A DNA stretch of 64,000 nucleotides from Octopus vulgaris (taxonomy: Eukaryota): the NCBI GenBank assembly GCA_951406725.2, contig OX597823.1, positions 110,298,001 to 110,362,000 of the forward strand, in the 5' to 3' direction. A program made the position numbers and the translations under genes. Shown one piece after another: positions 12,508-25,289 of the stretch (position 1 is the first letter of the stretch; every line of letters starts with the position of its first letter). Under the pieces are notes generated by a model. The model was given only the letters and a program-made list of their open reading frames with translations. It was not told the origin of the DNA and searched no databases.

Positions 12508-12554
12508 TCTAGACCGATGATGGACAAAGATCCTGAAACATGCGTGTCTCTAGA
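12508..12554 (+). ncRNA. Minimal type I hammerhead-like motif
   Basis: TCTAGA | CCGATGA | TGGA-CAAAGA-TCCT | GAAAC-ATGCGT-GTC | TCTAGA: stem I closes, core has C in place of U4, short stems II and III, GTC cleavage triplet. Confidence 0.55.
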
Positions 12555-12794
12555 TGCAGGCCTGCCTGCTGGGGGTATTTGTCTCCCCTTCGTAAATATA
12601 TAAGCACACAGGGGAAAAAATGTGTCGAAGCCATCAGGAGGCGTCGATGCTTCATAGGGCTAAATAGCGGTGGTGTAATCACCTACTGTCACGTTAAATT
12701 GACAGTATACAACCATTCTATCGCCCCACCACCATAAAAATCTCTATGAGATATTTAGAAATTTAATATTTCTGATATTCTTTTATTATTTTCT

Positions 12795-12948
12795 TTTATT
12801 CGTTTCAGTCATTTAACTGCGGCCATGCTGGAGCAGCGCCTTTTAGTCGAACACATCGACCTCAGGACTTATTCCGTGTAAGCCTAATACTTAGTCTATC
12901 GGTCTCTTTTGCCGAACTGCTAAGTGACGGAAACGTAAATACACCAGT
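12795..12948 (-). mobile_element. SINE family A 3' half
   Basis: Matches ~7830-7985; followed by (TAGA)n. Confidence 0.85.
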
Positions 12949-12982
12949 CTCTATCTATCTATATAGATAGATATAGATAGAC

Positions 12983-13039
<57 letters not shown>

Positions 13040-13120
13040 TAGATAGATAGGTATAGATAGATATAGATAAATAGATAGATAGATAAAGAGAGAGTGAGAG
13101 ATAGAGCGTGAGAGAGAGAA
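12949..13120. repeat. (TAGA)n and (GA)n microsatellites
   Basis: Directly visible. Confidence 0.95.
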
Positions 13121-13935
13121 ATTCAATTCTACTTCTACACGTAGAAATACAAGGAAATTTGTTTTGGGGTTGAAAATTCACTTATGACAGGTTATAACAT
13201 TTGCCCAAGAAGTATTTCCACTTGATGAATAGAAAAGACTTTTCTTTGAACAAATAAATTTTATACCACAAAATAATTTTCGATGGCTAAACTTTTCAAG
13301 GCATATTTCGAAGTTTATCTACATGAACACACCTGATTAAGCTTTCAGCAATAGCTTCCATAAATGCCAATTCGCCAAGGGGGAAATACTACCTAGAGAT
13401 TTGTTTGCACACATTATGGATCATCTTTATGAATATAAAACCTTAATAACAAAAACCACACTATCAAATTTACAGTAGAATGATATATATTTAAACTACT
13501 CTTTTGCACACCTTTATCATAAAATGAAATACAAACATTGAAAACGATATTTACTTCAAGCCAAAAGAGTCAAAAGATTATCCGTTATTTTACCTGCCAT
13601 CCAAAACATTCGAAAATAAATAAACCTTTCAGAACGTATACAATTGTATCCGATTCCGAGAGCCGGAAGAAACAAATCTATGAAATACATAGAATATATT
13701 ATTTGCAAGACACTCACTTTAATCAATAACGGAACATAATTTCCAGAATTGATAAATATCCAAGAATTATGAAAAGTAGCAAACACTACTTTATTTCGTA
13801 TATCGACTCGCAATCCAAGACGTACAGAAGAATGCAACATCATCCATCATTATCATATTGCATTTTTGGTGAACGACGCGAGAATAAAAAAAACACACTC
13901 CAAAGTGAAAAAATTAAAACCGTTTAAAATAATTT

Positions 13936-14330
13936 GCGGCGAGCTGGCAGAATCGTTAGCACGCCGGGCGAAATGCTTAGCGGTATTTCGTCTGCCGTTA
14001 CGTTCTGAGTTCAAATTCCGCCATGCTCGACTTTGCTTTTCATCCTTTTGGTATCGATCAAATAAGTACCAGTTACGCACTGGCGTCGATATAATTGACT
14101 TAATCGGTTTGTTTGTCCTTATTTGTCCTCTCTGTGTTTAGCCCCTTGTGGGTAGTAAAGAAATAGGTATTTCATCTGAGCTCAAATTCCACCGAGATCG
14201 ACTTTGCCTTTCATCCTTTCGGGGTCGATAAATTAAGTACCAGTTACACACTGGGGTCGATCTAATTGACTTAATCCGTTTGTCTCTCCCCTCTATGTTT
14301 AGCCCCTTGTGGGCAATAAAGAAATAAGAA
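13936..14330 (+). mobile_element. SINE family B dimer (tRNA-like head, Meta-domain-like core)
   Basis: Head GCGGCGAGCTGGCAGAATCGTTAGCACGCC...GAGTTCAAATTCCGCC; core TCGACTTTGCCTTTCATCCTTTCGGGGTCGATAAATTAAGTACCAG resembles the Meta-SINE central domain as I recall it; two core+tail units. Confidence 0.9.
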
Positions 14331-14914
14331 TTTGCTTACTAGCGCCAAATTACCCGCCAATAATTACAAGTCCGATAGACAAAAAGCAAAGGAAATATAA
14401 CCGCCCTAATTGTGGACTATGCATCAAGCTCATTGAGAGACAATCATTTGCCATACAATTTCATGCCAGGTGTACATCAATTGATTAAATTTATGATATC
14501 AAATGAAATGGGTGTCACGGAAACTAAATAGATTAAATTCGATTAAATCTGAGGTACAGAATGCCGGCAGGAGATTCTGGTACCAGAAAAATACTTGTTG
14601 GTAGGCATCTGGATCTGTGTTCAACAAAGAAATATAAAAAATGCCAATATTTTCCTTTATATCAATATATTGAGAACACTTCATTCCGATTCCGATTAAA
14701 GAAGGAAAATATGCTTATTAAGAAATATATGCCAAAACTAAATATTTTATATCAACGCGACAGAATAAGAAAACATAGTATATTCGGCTTAACGAAAACA
14801 CTAGAAGGCTAAAAAACGATAAAAGAAGAGAAAATTCAACGTAACGAGTTTTTTATGGGATACGACTTCCTAACTTCAAACCAATGTGTACTAATATTTT
14901 TTCGACATTAATTA

Positions 14915-15312
14915 GGCGTAGGAGTAGCTGCGTGGTAAATAGTTACCAACCACATGGTTCCGGGTTCAGTCCCACTGCGTGGAACCTTGGGCAAGTATCT
15001 TCTACTATAGCCTCGGGCCGACCAAAGCCTTGTGAGTGGATTTGGTAGACAGAAACTGAAAGAAGCCTGTCGTATATGTATATGTATATATGTTTGTCTG
15101 TTTGTGTGTCTGTGTTTGTCCTCCCAACATCGCTTGACAACCGATGCTGGTGTCTTTACGTCCCCGTAACTTAGCAGTTCGGCAAAAGAGACCGTTAGAA
15201 TAAGTACTAGGCTTACAAAGAATAAGTCCGGGGTCGATTTTCTCAACTAATGTCGGTGCTCCAGCATGGCCACAGTCAAATGACTGAAACAAGTAGAAGA
15301 GTAAAAAGAGAA
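14915..15312 (+). mobile_element. SINE family A, full length
   Basis: tRNA-like head, CCTTGGGCAAGT motif, internal microsatellite, tail GGTGCTCCAGCATGGCCACAGTCAAATGACTGAAACAAGTAGAAGAGTAAAAAGAG. Confidence 0.92.
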
Positions 15313-15623
15313 AAGAGCAAGTTTATTTGCTGACATCTAGGATTGAACAATTGGATTCTGATTTTACTTAAAACACTGGGGCAAAAAAAAAGTCGTGATG
15401 CTATTATATTTTCAGTCAAAAACAAGTGACCAGGACATTTAATTAACAAATCACGTCCACAGTGCCAACTCGTGAGACCAAAGACTGACAAAAACAAGCG
15501 ACGTCTTTGAGTATGTAGCCAATACACACACTCACACACACATTTATATTTCAAGTAATTATTAACTTATATATGTATGATGTAAGACATAGGTCCAGGT
15601 CCTGATTGGCTACATACTCAAAG

Positions 15624-15655
<32 letters not shown>

Positions 15656-15659
15656 CTAT

Positions 15660-15834
15660 ACAATATGTTACATTACTCGGTAGTCAAGATAAAACTCTGA
15701 GTTTCAGATGCCGAATTGGAAATCCACAACACCATCTCTTCGGTTATCTGGCTATTTGAAAACGTTATGAAAAAAAATCTCTATTTACATAATATTGAGG
15801 TCTCTTTCTTTCTTTTGTTATCTTACCGTTTTAT

Positions 15835-15838
<4 letters not shown>
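15660..15838. repeat. Short non-simple module embedded in (TA)n, possible Penelope-like terminal fragment
   Basis: Bounded on both sides by pure (TA)n like the other modules; no second copy in the window. Confidence 0.35.
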
Positions 15839-15885
<47 letters not shown>

Positions 15886-15886
<1 letters not shown>

Positions 15887-16322
15887 TAGCCTTCAAATGA
15901 CGCCACCCCGCTGGTGGCTAAGCGAGCAGGCCAACAGAAGAAAGAGTGAGAGAAAGTTGTGGTGAAAGAGTACATCAGCGATCGCCACCCCCCCCCCCTG
16001 CCGGAGCCTCGTAGAACATTAGGGGTTTTCGCTCAATAAACACTCACAACGCCCGGTCTGGGAATTGAAACCCCGATCCTGCGACCGCGTTGTGAGTGTT
16101 TATTGAGCGAAAACACCTAAAGCTCCACGAGGCTCCAGCAGGGGATGGTGGTGATCCCTGCTGTACTCTTTCGCCACAACTTTCTCTCATTCTTTCTTCT
16201 GTTGGCCTGCTCGCTTAGCCAGCGGGGTGGCGTCATTTGAAGGTTAAAACAATGCTAGGCGCATTGTGACCAGCGATGTGTAGCAACATCTGATGGCCTG
16301 GTCAGTCACGGTGATCACGGTG
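15886..16322. mobile_element. Head-to-head inverted pair of SINE family C copies forming a fold-back
   Basis: ~15886-16051 is the reverse complement of ~16088-16246; body matches 55389-55590 and 54720-54912; right copy ends in CACGGTGAT repeats. Confidence 0.88.
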
Positions 16323-18639
16323 CAATTGTAAATAGACAGATGTGTTTCAGCTATGATCATTCTGCCTTTTATTTGCTCAGAAAATAAATATATAGGACGT
16401 ATTATCCATCTTCTATTTTCTAAAATATTATGTTAAGAATTGAGGGAATAGTAAACGCGATTTCGAGCAAAACTATCAAATTCATGGCTGCACTCTCGTC
16501 TGTTAGCAAATGTTGAATATACTGAGCGTCTCATAATGATGGAATATGTTACAACTGAAAGCAACTAGGACTGGACTTAGCTCATTTTAAAAATTAAATC
16601 TATCACATATAACCAAGTTAAATTAAAATTATATTTAGTTGTTAAACTCTGAGTCTCATAGAAGAGATTATTTTCAAAGAGATTTTATGTGTTACTATAA
16701 TTATTCTACATTTATTTGAAAAGTCCATATGTTACGCAAAACATCCGTCTTTAGAGATCAGGGTTTGATTTGATAGATATATGAGCGATAAGTCTAGCGA
16801 GTCCAATGAGTTTGAACATAGACTCGGTCAATGGTTTTGTTGGTATTTGTTTCCAGTCAGAACATTGTATTATATATTATCCTAGATCACCATTTCTCGA
16901 GAATATGATCGACCTGATCAAATATAAATGTTATCTGTAAAAGATATTCAAGAACCGTTATATCGCCCATCTTCACAACGGGAGACAGAAGAGAGAAAAT
17001 AACTGTCCCTTACAATGAACCAAACGAACTACAGAGCTCTCTGTGACATTCGTATTTTTGCTACATTAACATTATCTTAAATAAACCAGCAAAAGATTAC
17101 TATGCCACATCTATTTCAAAATATAAATAAATTTATCATTTCATACGATTGTGTGCACGTCGAATTGTTTCGCAGTTCTGTCTCTGTGTTATGGTTTCAT
17201 TGTTTGATCTGACAGCGGCCCCCATCTTTTTAAATGGCTTGTGTTTATCAGAACACATTAATATAAAGCTGTGATTAAAGAAGATTTTTATTTGAATCCA
17301 TGAGATTAGAAGCAACTTATATACTGTAGGTAGACACACACACACTTATATACTGAATGAAGATATACGCAAATACACAGGAGCATTATCATAAACAGTT
17401 ACACACACACACAGATGCGCACACACATATGTATATGTACATACTTAAATATATGTATGTACTTACACACTTACGCTAACACATACGCACACACGCACGT
17501 ACACATATATATACTTTAGTGCGCACGTATGTATACGTATCCATATATATATATATCGGTATGTAAGTGTATGCATAGAAACATGTGTGTGTTCGTGTGT
17601 ATGTATGTATTTGAGCACGTGATACAATGATTTCATTACTATTACTATTATTATGTGTACTTTTATTTTTATATAGTGACACAGACACAGGAACAGAATG
17701 GTAAACAGACAGGCAGACATTTGTAATCCTTCACACGCTTGCATTCTAAATTATATACAAATTTTAAAATACATATAAAGTATTATGTGTGTAATTCTTG
17801 CAATCTTTGTGTGAAGTTCTCTAAATATTTTGTTACACCTTAATCTGCCAATGTTCCTATATAGTCACGTACGCACGCACACACACACACACACACACAC
17901 ACAGACGTTCATTTGTAGGTTGAGTGAGGAAAAGAAAGAAACGTAAGGATTAGAAAGACAAGGAAGTATTCATGTGTCACAATGTATGTATACGCAAGTT
18001 TATATACATATATGTGTGTGTGTACGTATGTATATATAACATGGAGATAAATATATATATATGTGCGTGTGTGTGTGCATATTTATACATATATCAATAT
18101 GTATGTATGCATATATGTATATATGTATTTATGTATGTATGCATGTATGTATGCATGTATGTATGTATTTATGTATGTATGTATGTATATCTGTATGTAG
18201 GTGTATACAGTCACACATACATCCTAACAGATCCACGTTGCCATTATGATCCTTGATCTATTGAAGTACAAACACTATTTAAATATCAATCCAGATTTAC
18301 TGATTCCAATCTCCTAAACAATAAGTAAATGGTATTTCAAGAGATGAGATTTGGAAAGTCTTATCCCTGCTATCGTATTTGGCAAAATTCCCTTCACTTT
18401 TTCCCCAAATATTATTGTTGTTGCTAATATTTTTATAACTGTTTTTGTTGGTGGTGTTGTTATCTTGTTAACGTTACTTTTGCTGTGATGGTTGCTGTTT
18501 TTAAAATTCTTATAATTTCTATTCCTCTTGCTCCTGTGTTTTGTTGTGCAGCAGATTTTAAAGCAGGTGGGGGAGTGGGGCCTCTCCTTTTGCTCAGCAG
18601 TTCTTGATAAACTTCACGCGCATACATATCTGTTATCGT

Positions 18640-19660
18640 TTTTACTTTACCGCTTACCGGTTTCAACCAGTCGCTGAGACCATGCTGGAACACCATCTTT
18701 CAGTGTGCTTGGATTTCTTTTCAGGAATCCAGACGACCCACTGCGAAATTTCTCGACAGGTGTAGTATTTCTGTTTCTGAATGAGCTCAGAAACTATCCT
18801 GCTGCCCTCATGCATTGTGTTGCCATCTTGGTAACATACACATGGAATGTTGCATCATTGCTCATCTGGACTCCCAGGTCTGACTCTAGAATTGCACTAC
18901 CCACTCGTCCTGTGTATTTCCGATTGTAGTCTGTTCGTTGGCCGATAGTGGAAAGCTTGGAACTTCTCTGCATTGAACGGCATGTTATTTCCCTCTGCCC
19001 ATTTGAATATTACCGTCAGGTAGTTTTGCAGCTTTAGTATATCATGAGGGGCTTTGATCGCTGGTGATACTTTCGTGTCATCAGCATAGCTGACGAGAGT
19101 GACTGACTGTATGCCTGAGGACATGTCCGGCAGGGCCTTCACAAATAGTAGTGGTCTCAGTACAGTTCCTTGAGAGACTCCATTGCGAAATGATCTATCC
19201 CCAGAAAGAGCACCTTTAGCTGCAGCTGTCTGACTTCAGTTCTTCAAAAGGTTATTCAGCCACTCTTCCAGTTTTCCAGTGATACCAAGGACTCTCCCAG
19301 TTTTCCAAGGATACTAAGGACACCTAGTTTGTGACGTATCATCCTATGAACAAATTTGTCAAAGGCCTTGGCAAAGTCAAGACATGTCACATTCACATGA
19401 GAGTATTGGAGTTGCTGGTTCAGTAGTCAGTCTTAATGCTGTACTAGCTATGTGAGGCTGCTTCTCCATGGACAGAAGCCTTGTTTGTGAGCAAGTTATT
19501 TTCTTTTAAGAATGTAATCAGCCTCCTGATAATTCGGTCCATAACCTTGCAAACATGTGTCAGAGAGATAGGTGTGTAAATTTTAACATCCGTTTTGCTT
19601 CCTTCCTTAGAGACAGGACATATCTTTAACAATTTTTTAAAACTATTTGCAAAGTTTGTC
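18640..19660 (-). mobile_element. Degenerate CR1/L2-group LINE: RT domain, internal deletion, 3' tail
   Basis: Minus-strand motifs YTPISLTHVCKVM, LDFAKAFDK, GVSQGTVLRPLLF, SYADDTKV, KWAEGNNMPFNAEKFQ, DLGVQMSNDATF, with many stops and frameshifts; tail GATGGTGTTCCAGCATGGTCTCAGCGACTGGTTGAAACCGGTAAG at ~18648-18700. Confidence 0.9.
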
Positions 19661-20047
19661 ACATGCAAAGAAACTCTGAAAAGGTATTTGGACTGGTTTT
19701 GCGAGACCTTTCTTGCATGTCTGTTAAAGAACAGATAGAAATCTGTCTGGGCCCGTTTTTGAGTTCGAGTTCATTTCATCAATGGCCGATATTACATCAC
19801 CCTTCTTCATGTAGAAGTAATCGATGGTTGCCTCTTTCCTATGAAAAGCTCATTCGCGCCTTTCCATTTGAATTACAGTTACAAATCGAGACATATGTAT
19901 ATATGAATGTATTTGTGTGTGTGGATGTTTAGTATAGGTTAGTTAAAACATGTTTGCAATAAGTTTCGCTTGGTGGATATATAATTACCAAACTTTCATT
20001 CATAAATCGATTTACTATTTCGATCTTTTGCATTTCAATTTGTACAT

Positions 20048-20711
20048 TTGTACCCAGAAATTTTCAACAACTGCACGCCAGTAGAAATGGAAAAACGAGT
20101 AATTTTATATTCTAAGAATTGTGACTGTTTTGCAATAAATGAAAAAGTTCTCAATATTATACTAGAGACACTTAAAACGTACTTAAGCACAGATTCAGCG
20201 TCCTGCAATAATGAAGGGGAGGTTCAGAACTATCCATTTGAATTCATAAACTCACTCACTCCATCCTGCATGCCTCCTTATCGCCCCAATTTAAAGGTAG
20301 GGGCTATTGTAATGCTGCTAAGAAATCTTTCAATCAGTCAAGGATTATGTAATGGAACTTGCATGAGAGTGCAAAGACTTCATGAACATTGTGTAGAGGC
20401 AACTTTTATAACAGGCTCCAAGAGAGGTCGTACAGTTCTAATTCACAGAATTAAACTTAGCCCAAATGATGCAAATATTCCATTCACACTAAACAGACTT
20501 CAATTTCCACTTCGACTTGCATATTCAATGACAGTTAATAAAACTGAAGGGGCAAACATTTGAAAAAGTTGGAATACATTTGCCTCAACCGGTATTTTCT
20601 CATGGCCAATTATATGTCACATTTTCAAGAGCACGAGCTACGAACAATATCAAAGTAAGAGTTATGACACTCAATTGGGATAACAGACAAGGCCAAAAAT
20701 GTGGTGTATAA
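20048..20711 (+). mobile_element. Helitron Rep/Hel PIF1-like helicase C-terminal fragment (pseudogene)
   Basis: YPFEFINSLTPSCMPP..NLKVGAIVMLLRNLSISQGLCNGT, RLQFPLRLAYSMTVNKTEG, then after a frameshift near 20550 QTFEKVGIHLPQPVFSHGQLYVTFSRA (PIF1 C-terminal motifs). Confidence 0.93.
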
Positions 20712-20761
20712 CATACACACGAAATATTACAGTGTGTATGTCACACAGTAATATTTTGTGT

Positions 20762-20911
20762 ACTGTGAGGAGGACGACCACACCAGCCGCTCCATCATTA
20801 CACATCCACCTTTCAGATCGGAGAACCAGTTAGGGGCCCGCTGGACCCCTCTCAGCATACCAATGAACCACAAAATCGCACCAATTAGCATCATCACAAT
20901 CACAAAGCCCG

Positions 20912-20990
<79 letters not shown>

Positions 20991-21047
20991 GGTGCCCCAG
21001 CATGGCCACAGCTCATAAGCTGAAACTAGAATCAATCAATCAATCAA
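20762..21047 (+). mobile_element. Unclassified retroposon end: GC-richer body, (TA)n, shared LINE-type tail, (ATCA)n
   Basis: Tail GGCGGTGCCCCAGCATGGCCACAGCTCATAAGCTGAAACTAGAATCAATCAATCAATCAA at ~20988-21047. Confidence 0.55.
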
Positions 21048-21049
21048 TA

Positions 21050-21107
<58 letters not shown>

Positions 21108-21139
21108 TGTATGTATGTATGTATGTATGCATGTATGTA

Positions 21140-21330
21140 TGTGTGTGTTTGTGTCTGTGTTTGTCCCACCACTCCCATTGCTTGACAACCGATGTTGGTG
21201 AGTTTGCATCCTTGTAATTTAGCTGTTCAGCAGAAGAGACTCATAGTATAAGCCCAGGGTTCAAATTCTTCAACTAATGGGTGGTGCTCCAGCATGTCCA
21301 CCATCAAATGATTGAAAAAAATAAAAGAAT
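21140..21330 (+). mobile_element. SINE family A 3' part, diverged
   Basis: GTGTTTGTCCC...GCTTGACAACCGATGTTGGTG...GGTGGTGCTCCAGCATGTCC. Confidence 0.8.
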
Positions 21331-21507
21331 ACCAGAAAAACGTTCCACACCACTAAACCACCAAGAAGGTTCTTTGAATATGTACGATGTATTTAAGTTT
21401 AAATAGTAATTCCGTTTACGTTTGTTTAACTGAGATATTTTGGTTGGATTATATAGTCATTGGTGTTACATTAGTTTCTATATTCTGTAAATGTCACAAT
21501 ATGTTTT

Positions 21508-21660
21508 TCTAGGCCTGAAATTTTTGTGAGGAGTGGGGCCAGTAGATTAGATTGACCCCAGTACACAATTGGACAATTGGTACTTTATTTATCGACCTCG
21601 AAAGGACGAAATGTAAGTCTACCTCAGCAGAATTTGAACCCAGAGCGTAAAGACAGACGG
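21508..21660 (-). mobile_element. SINE family B fragment, diverged (tail 2)
   Basis: Diverged reverse complement of the core+tail seen at 9420-9585. Confidence 0.75.
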
Positions 21661-22637
21661 TCATAATATACAAACATTTCTCATGGCACCAGTACACTGT
21701 TTACAGATGCTTATATTTTTCATGTTTTCCGTGAATTTTTCAAGGGTCCATCTAGTATAGTATATATATATGCATTCATGCTGTTTCCCTTTGCAAATAG
21801 TAGTTCTATTAATTAAAGAAATGTTTTCAATAAAGTTCCCAGCAGTGGTGGTGGAGTATGTGGTTGTGATGTTAGGAGTATTGGCGATAGCTATAAGGGT
21901 GATGGTTGTGCCGTTGATGGAGGATATAATGACGAGGGTAGCACGTTTATTATAAAGCTAGAGCTAGTATGTCAGTTATGTTGGTAATGTAAGTAATGAT
22001 GGTTATTGGGTTTTTTTTTTTGGTATCATTGATAAAAATTGTGTAACTTGTTTTAATTTTTATTGGCTTAATCAGAGGATGTCAGAGTTGTTTGATACAC
22101 AATAGAATGACATACGCTTGTTGTCCCTACCACTTTTGCTCTGAGATAAAAATCCTACTGATGTCCCCAAAATAACTAGGTTACCACTATGCATATATCA
22201 AAACCCTTATCTGTAACGCAAGCTACGGATTTTAAAACATATTTGCGATAGCCAGCTCCAAATTCTAGTAAACCTCAACAATACTACACCAAAAAATATA
22301 AATCTTTGGAACCGGTATAAAATACTCCAAATCTTCCACACATGAGTGAGGTTTAATCTCCAACATTTTTCATCCATAATAGATTTTGTAAAACCACAGG
22401 CGCAAATTACATTTATGGAAATTCAAATTACTGCCCATACCACAATACTTATATTTACTTACAGGCTGTCCGGTATCTTCATATAAACATGAAACGTGAG
22501 TTACTGCTAGAAGCCATTCAAATATATGAGTATTTAATATTTGTATATTATATACATATCATGTATAAGTATATGTATGTATGCATTTATCTAACTATCT
22601 GAGTGTGCATGCACGTATATATGTATGTATATACAAG

Positions 22638-22742
<105 letters not shown>

Positions 22743-22779
22743 AAGAATAGGTATTCAAGTTTTTTTTTGGCTTGGCTTT

Positions 22780-23605
22780 GTATATCGATTAGTCACTGCA
22801 AACCGTTCGACTTTTCATCTTTCATGATGCACAATTTCTTGAATCAATAATGTCGTTTAACATCTAGTGAAATGAAAGCAACTGGCAGTGACTGCATGTT
22901 GGCATTGTCATGACCTGTACTCTATCTCTTTTCATCTCAATGATAGCTATGGCGTCGTTATTGTGTCGCAGTCGACCTGTCGGAAGGAATTAAGGTACAA
23001 CGACACCTTTGACTGCAGTACTGCATCAATGACATTTTCCTACATAGTCAAAGCAAGGAGAGAAGCAAAAATACTCCTATCTTTATCGATGATCTTTCCA
23101 GCGTTTTGGCATACCTATGCAAAGAACCAAATTTAATTGTAGTCTGTCAGCACAGGCCGGGATAAGTTAAAGGGATTCACTTTGAGATTAGGTGAACTGA
23201 CTTCAATGTTTAGTGAGTAAAATATTTCTGAGTCTCAGCATTTCTAAGATTATGGTGAAGTTGCAGGAATTTGCAGCCATTCAAAATTGCGGTTTGACGG
23301 GAAATACATTATATCAAAATAGCATTTTCTGTCGATGCTCCTCTGGTTTTTCGAAAAGCATGAAGCCCCATTATCAAAAAATTGAGAGACAAGAAATATG
23401 TGATAGCGAGGTAATACTGCTGTGCTTTGGTCTGTCTTCATGTCTTCGCAGAAGTTTAATATTGTAAAAATATTGGTGTCACAAAACATATTGGTGTCCA
23501 GCGGACACCATTATTCCTGCAGTTCAGTAAATTACGTTGACTGGAAGAAAATGGGGCGTCAGAAATGTTACTGGGGTGACAGGAAAAACGTTTGAAAAGT
23601 TGTTA
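22780..23605 (+). mobile_element. Probable hAT (Buster/Charlie-like) transposase 3' remnant, highly decayed
   Basis: Scattered peptides SVLAYL..., DKLKGFTLRL, DAPLVFRKA in hAT order; end GGGGTGACAGGAAAAACGTTTGAAAAG resembles hAT subterminal sequence. Confidence 0.45.
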
Positions 23606-24239
23606 GGTTCACTGCTGTTAATTAGTTGAATTAAGAGAAATACAAAAAAAAAAAAGATATTCCGCCAGGTTATCAAAGAGATCCTAGATATTTTAGCATA
23701 TGAAAATAATCATATTAAAGAGGAAGAGCTTGCGACTGACACAGATGGGTTCTTAAGCTAATGCAGCTTAGATGAGAGTTGAGCATTAAATGATACTCAG
23801 GAATATATTGAGCAAAATGTGCTGACTAGAGTGCATTACAAACTTACAGTTGTGAAAATACCAACGCATTCACACAATTGCCACCTCACCTTTCACACCT
23901 TATCACATTCCCACACACACATGCACACACATACATGCACATAGAGACACATGCACACTCACATACTCGCGCACACACGCACACACACACACATAAATCC
24001 AAACACACACTTGCACACATTAATGCTCGCGCACACACACACACACACACACATACATACGTACATAGTGGCCATCTTCGCAATCTCCTGTCACAAAAAA
24101 ACGCTATATCTATCTCTTTCGGGTCTCGAAAACGTGCCCCAGCACGTTCGGGGCGACGGCGCCGTCACAGGCGCGCTTCTGGCGCGTCCGCTTCGGTCGT
24201 CCGTTCGCACTCCCGGCCCTATTCTGGTCACTTCAACCA

Positions 24240-24420
24240 TGTAATCACACACGTGCTGTTGGTGATATTTTTCTGTTTTCTCTCCTGATGAAGAGCTATG
24301 CTCGAAATATCAAAATCCTTCTCTTTTTTCCACCTTTACTGAGTGTCGAATAATACATTTCATGTGCGCGTCCTCTTGTTTTGTTATTGTTATTTCTAAT
24401 TTTCGATTATTCCTTATGAT
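24240..24420 (+). mobile_element. Penelope-like terminal-repeat fragment with hammerhead core at 24285-24311
   Basis: CTGATGAA-GAGC-TAT-GCTC-GAAA; downstream CTGAGTGTCGAATAATAC...CGTCCTC matches the reverse complement of ~45390-45432. Confidence 0.65.
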
Positions 24421-24726
24421 TATGTATGTGTATATACATATATATACACACATATGTATGTGCATGTGCATGTATATGTATGTGTGTGCTTACACATATA
24501 TATTAAATATATAAAAACGTGATTGCACCTGCGTGTGTGTGTGAGAGAGAGCATTTGTGTACGCACTTTCCTGAAAGAAACTGTGCATCTATTGATTTAT
24601 TTATCTGTTTGTCTGGTCTGATAACCTTTCATCAATCTCCGTCTCACAATCAGTCTGATTCATATTGATCACACAATATCCCAATTTTTCTTTCGCCATC
24701 ATTTTTGCTATCCACCCAAATATGTA

Positions 24727-25289
24727 CTACATGGGAAAATGCGAGCAAGAGAAACAATATTCTTAAGATTATAAACCTGGAAAAGTACAGGACAAGTTAT
24801 TACATCTGGTAAAGTACAGAACAAGAAAATTTTTAATTAAATTATTGCAGCTAAGGATAAAATCTCAAATAAAATATTTAGATTTAGAAAATATTAGCTT
24901 TTATTAAAACTAAAACCTTTATTACAAGTTATTACTTCTGTTGAGAATTAAAAAATATAAAAATATAACTCAAAATATTTTTTGCACTTTAAAAAATTTC
25001 ATTTCTTTAATTATTAATTAATAATTAGAAATTTGAAAATAGGTTATAAAAAATAACAGTAGTACATAGTTAGTACAATAAATAGAATAATAGCAAAATG
25101 ATGGTACCGTTTTTAATTAAAATGTTACCTTTAAATTAAAATCAAATAATTTTGATTACTCAACTTATATCCTTTGCTGCAATAAGTAAAAACTTTATTG
25201 TTCTGTATTTTACCAGATGTAATAACTTGCCCTGTACTTTTCCTGTACTTAAGCATAATATTTTTTCTTGCTCGCATTTTTCCATGTAA
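24727..25289. repeat. Inverted repeat, ~130-bp arms (24727-24860 / 25168-25289) around an AT-rich spacer; MITE-like
   Basis: GGAAAAGTACAGGACAAGTTATTACATCTGGTAAAGTACAGAACAA vs TTGTTCTGTATTTTACCAGATGTAATAACTTGCCCTGTACTTTTCC. Confidence 0.8.

Larger units (their letters stand above)
10298..12778. mobile_element. Penelope-like terminal-repeat complex (inverted plus partial direct repeats) interrupted by a 1.65-kb retroposon
   Basis: ~10298-10588 is the reverse complement of 10757-10827 + 12497-12714; ~10595-10746 is a direct repeat of ~12624-12776. This geometry plus a hammerhead motif is characteristic of Penelope-like elements. Confidence 0.75.

Noticed and set aside
20048-20563. Cellular PIF1 gene
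   Set aside because: Intronless, frameshifted, partial, and with Helitron-type motif context.
22465-22495. 31-nt microexon-like segment (TTACAG...GTGAGT)
   Set aside because: Too short to distinguish from chance without transcript data.
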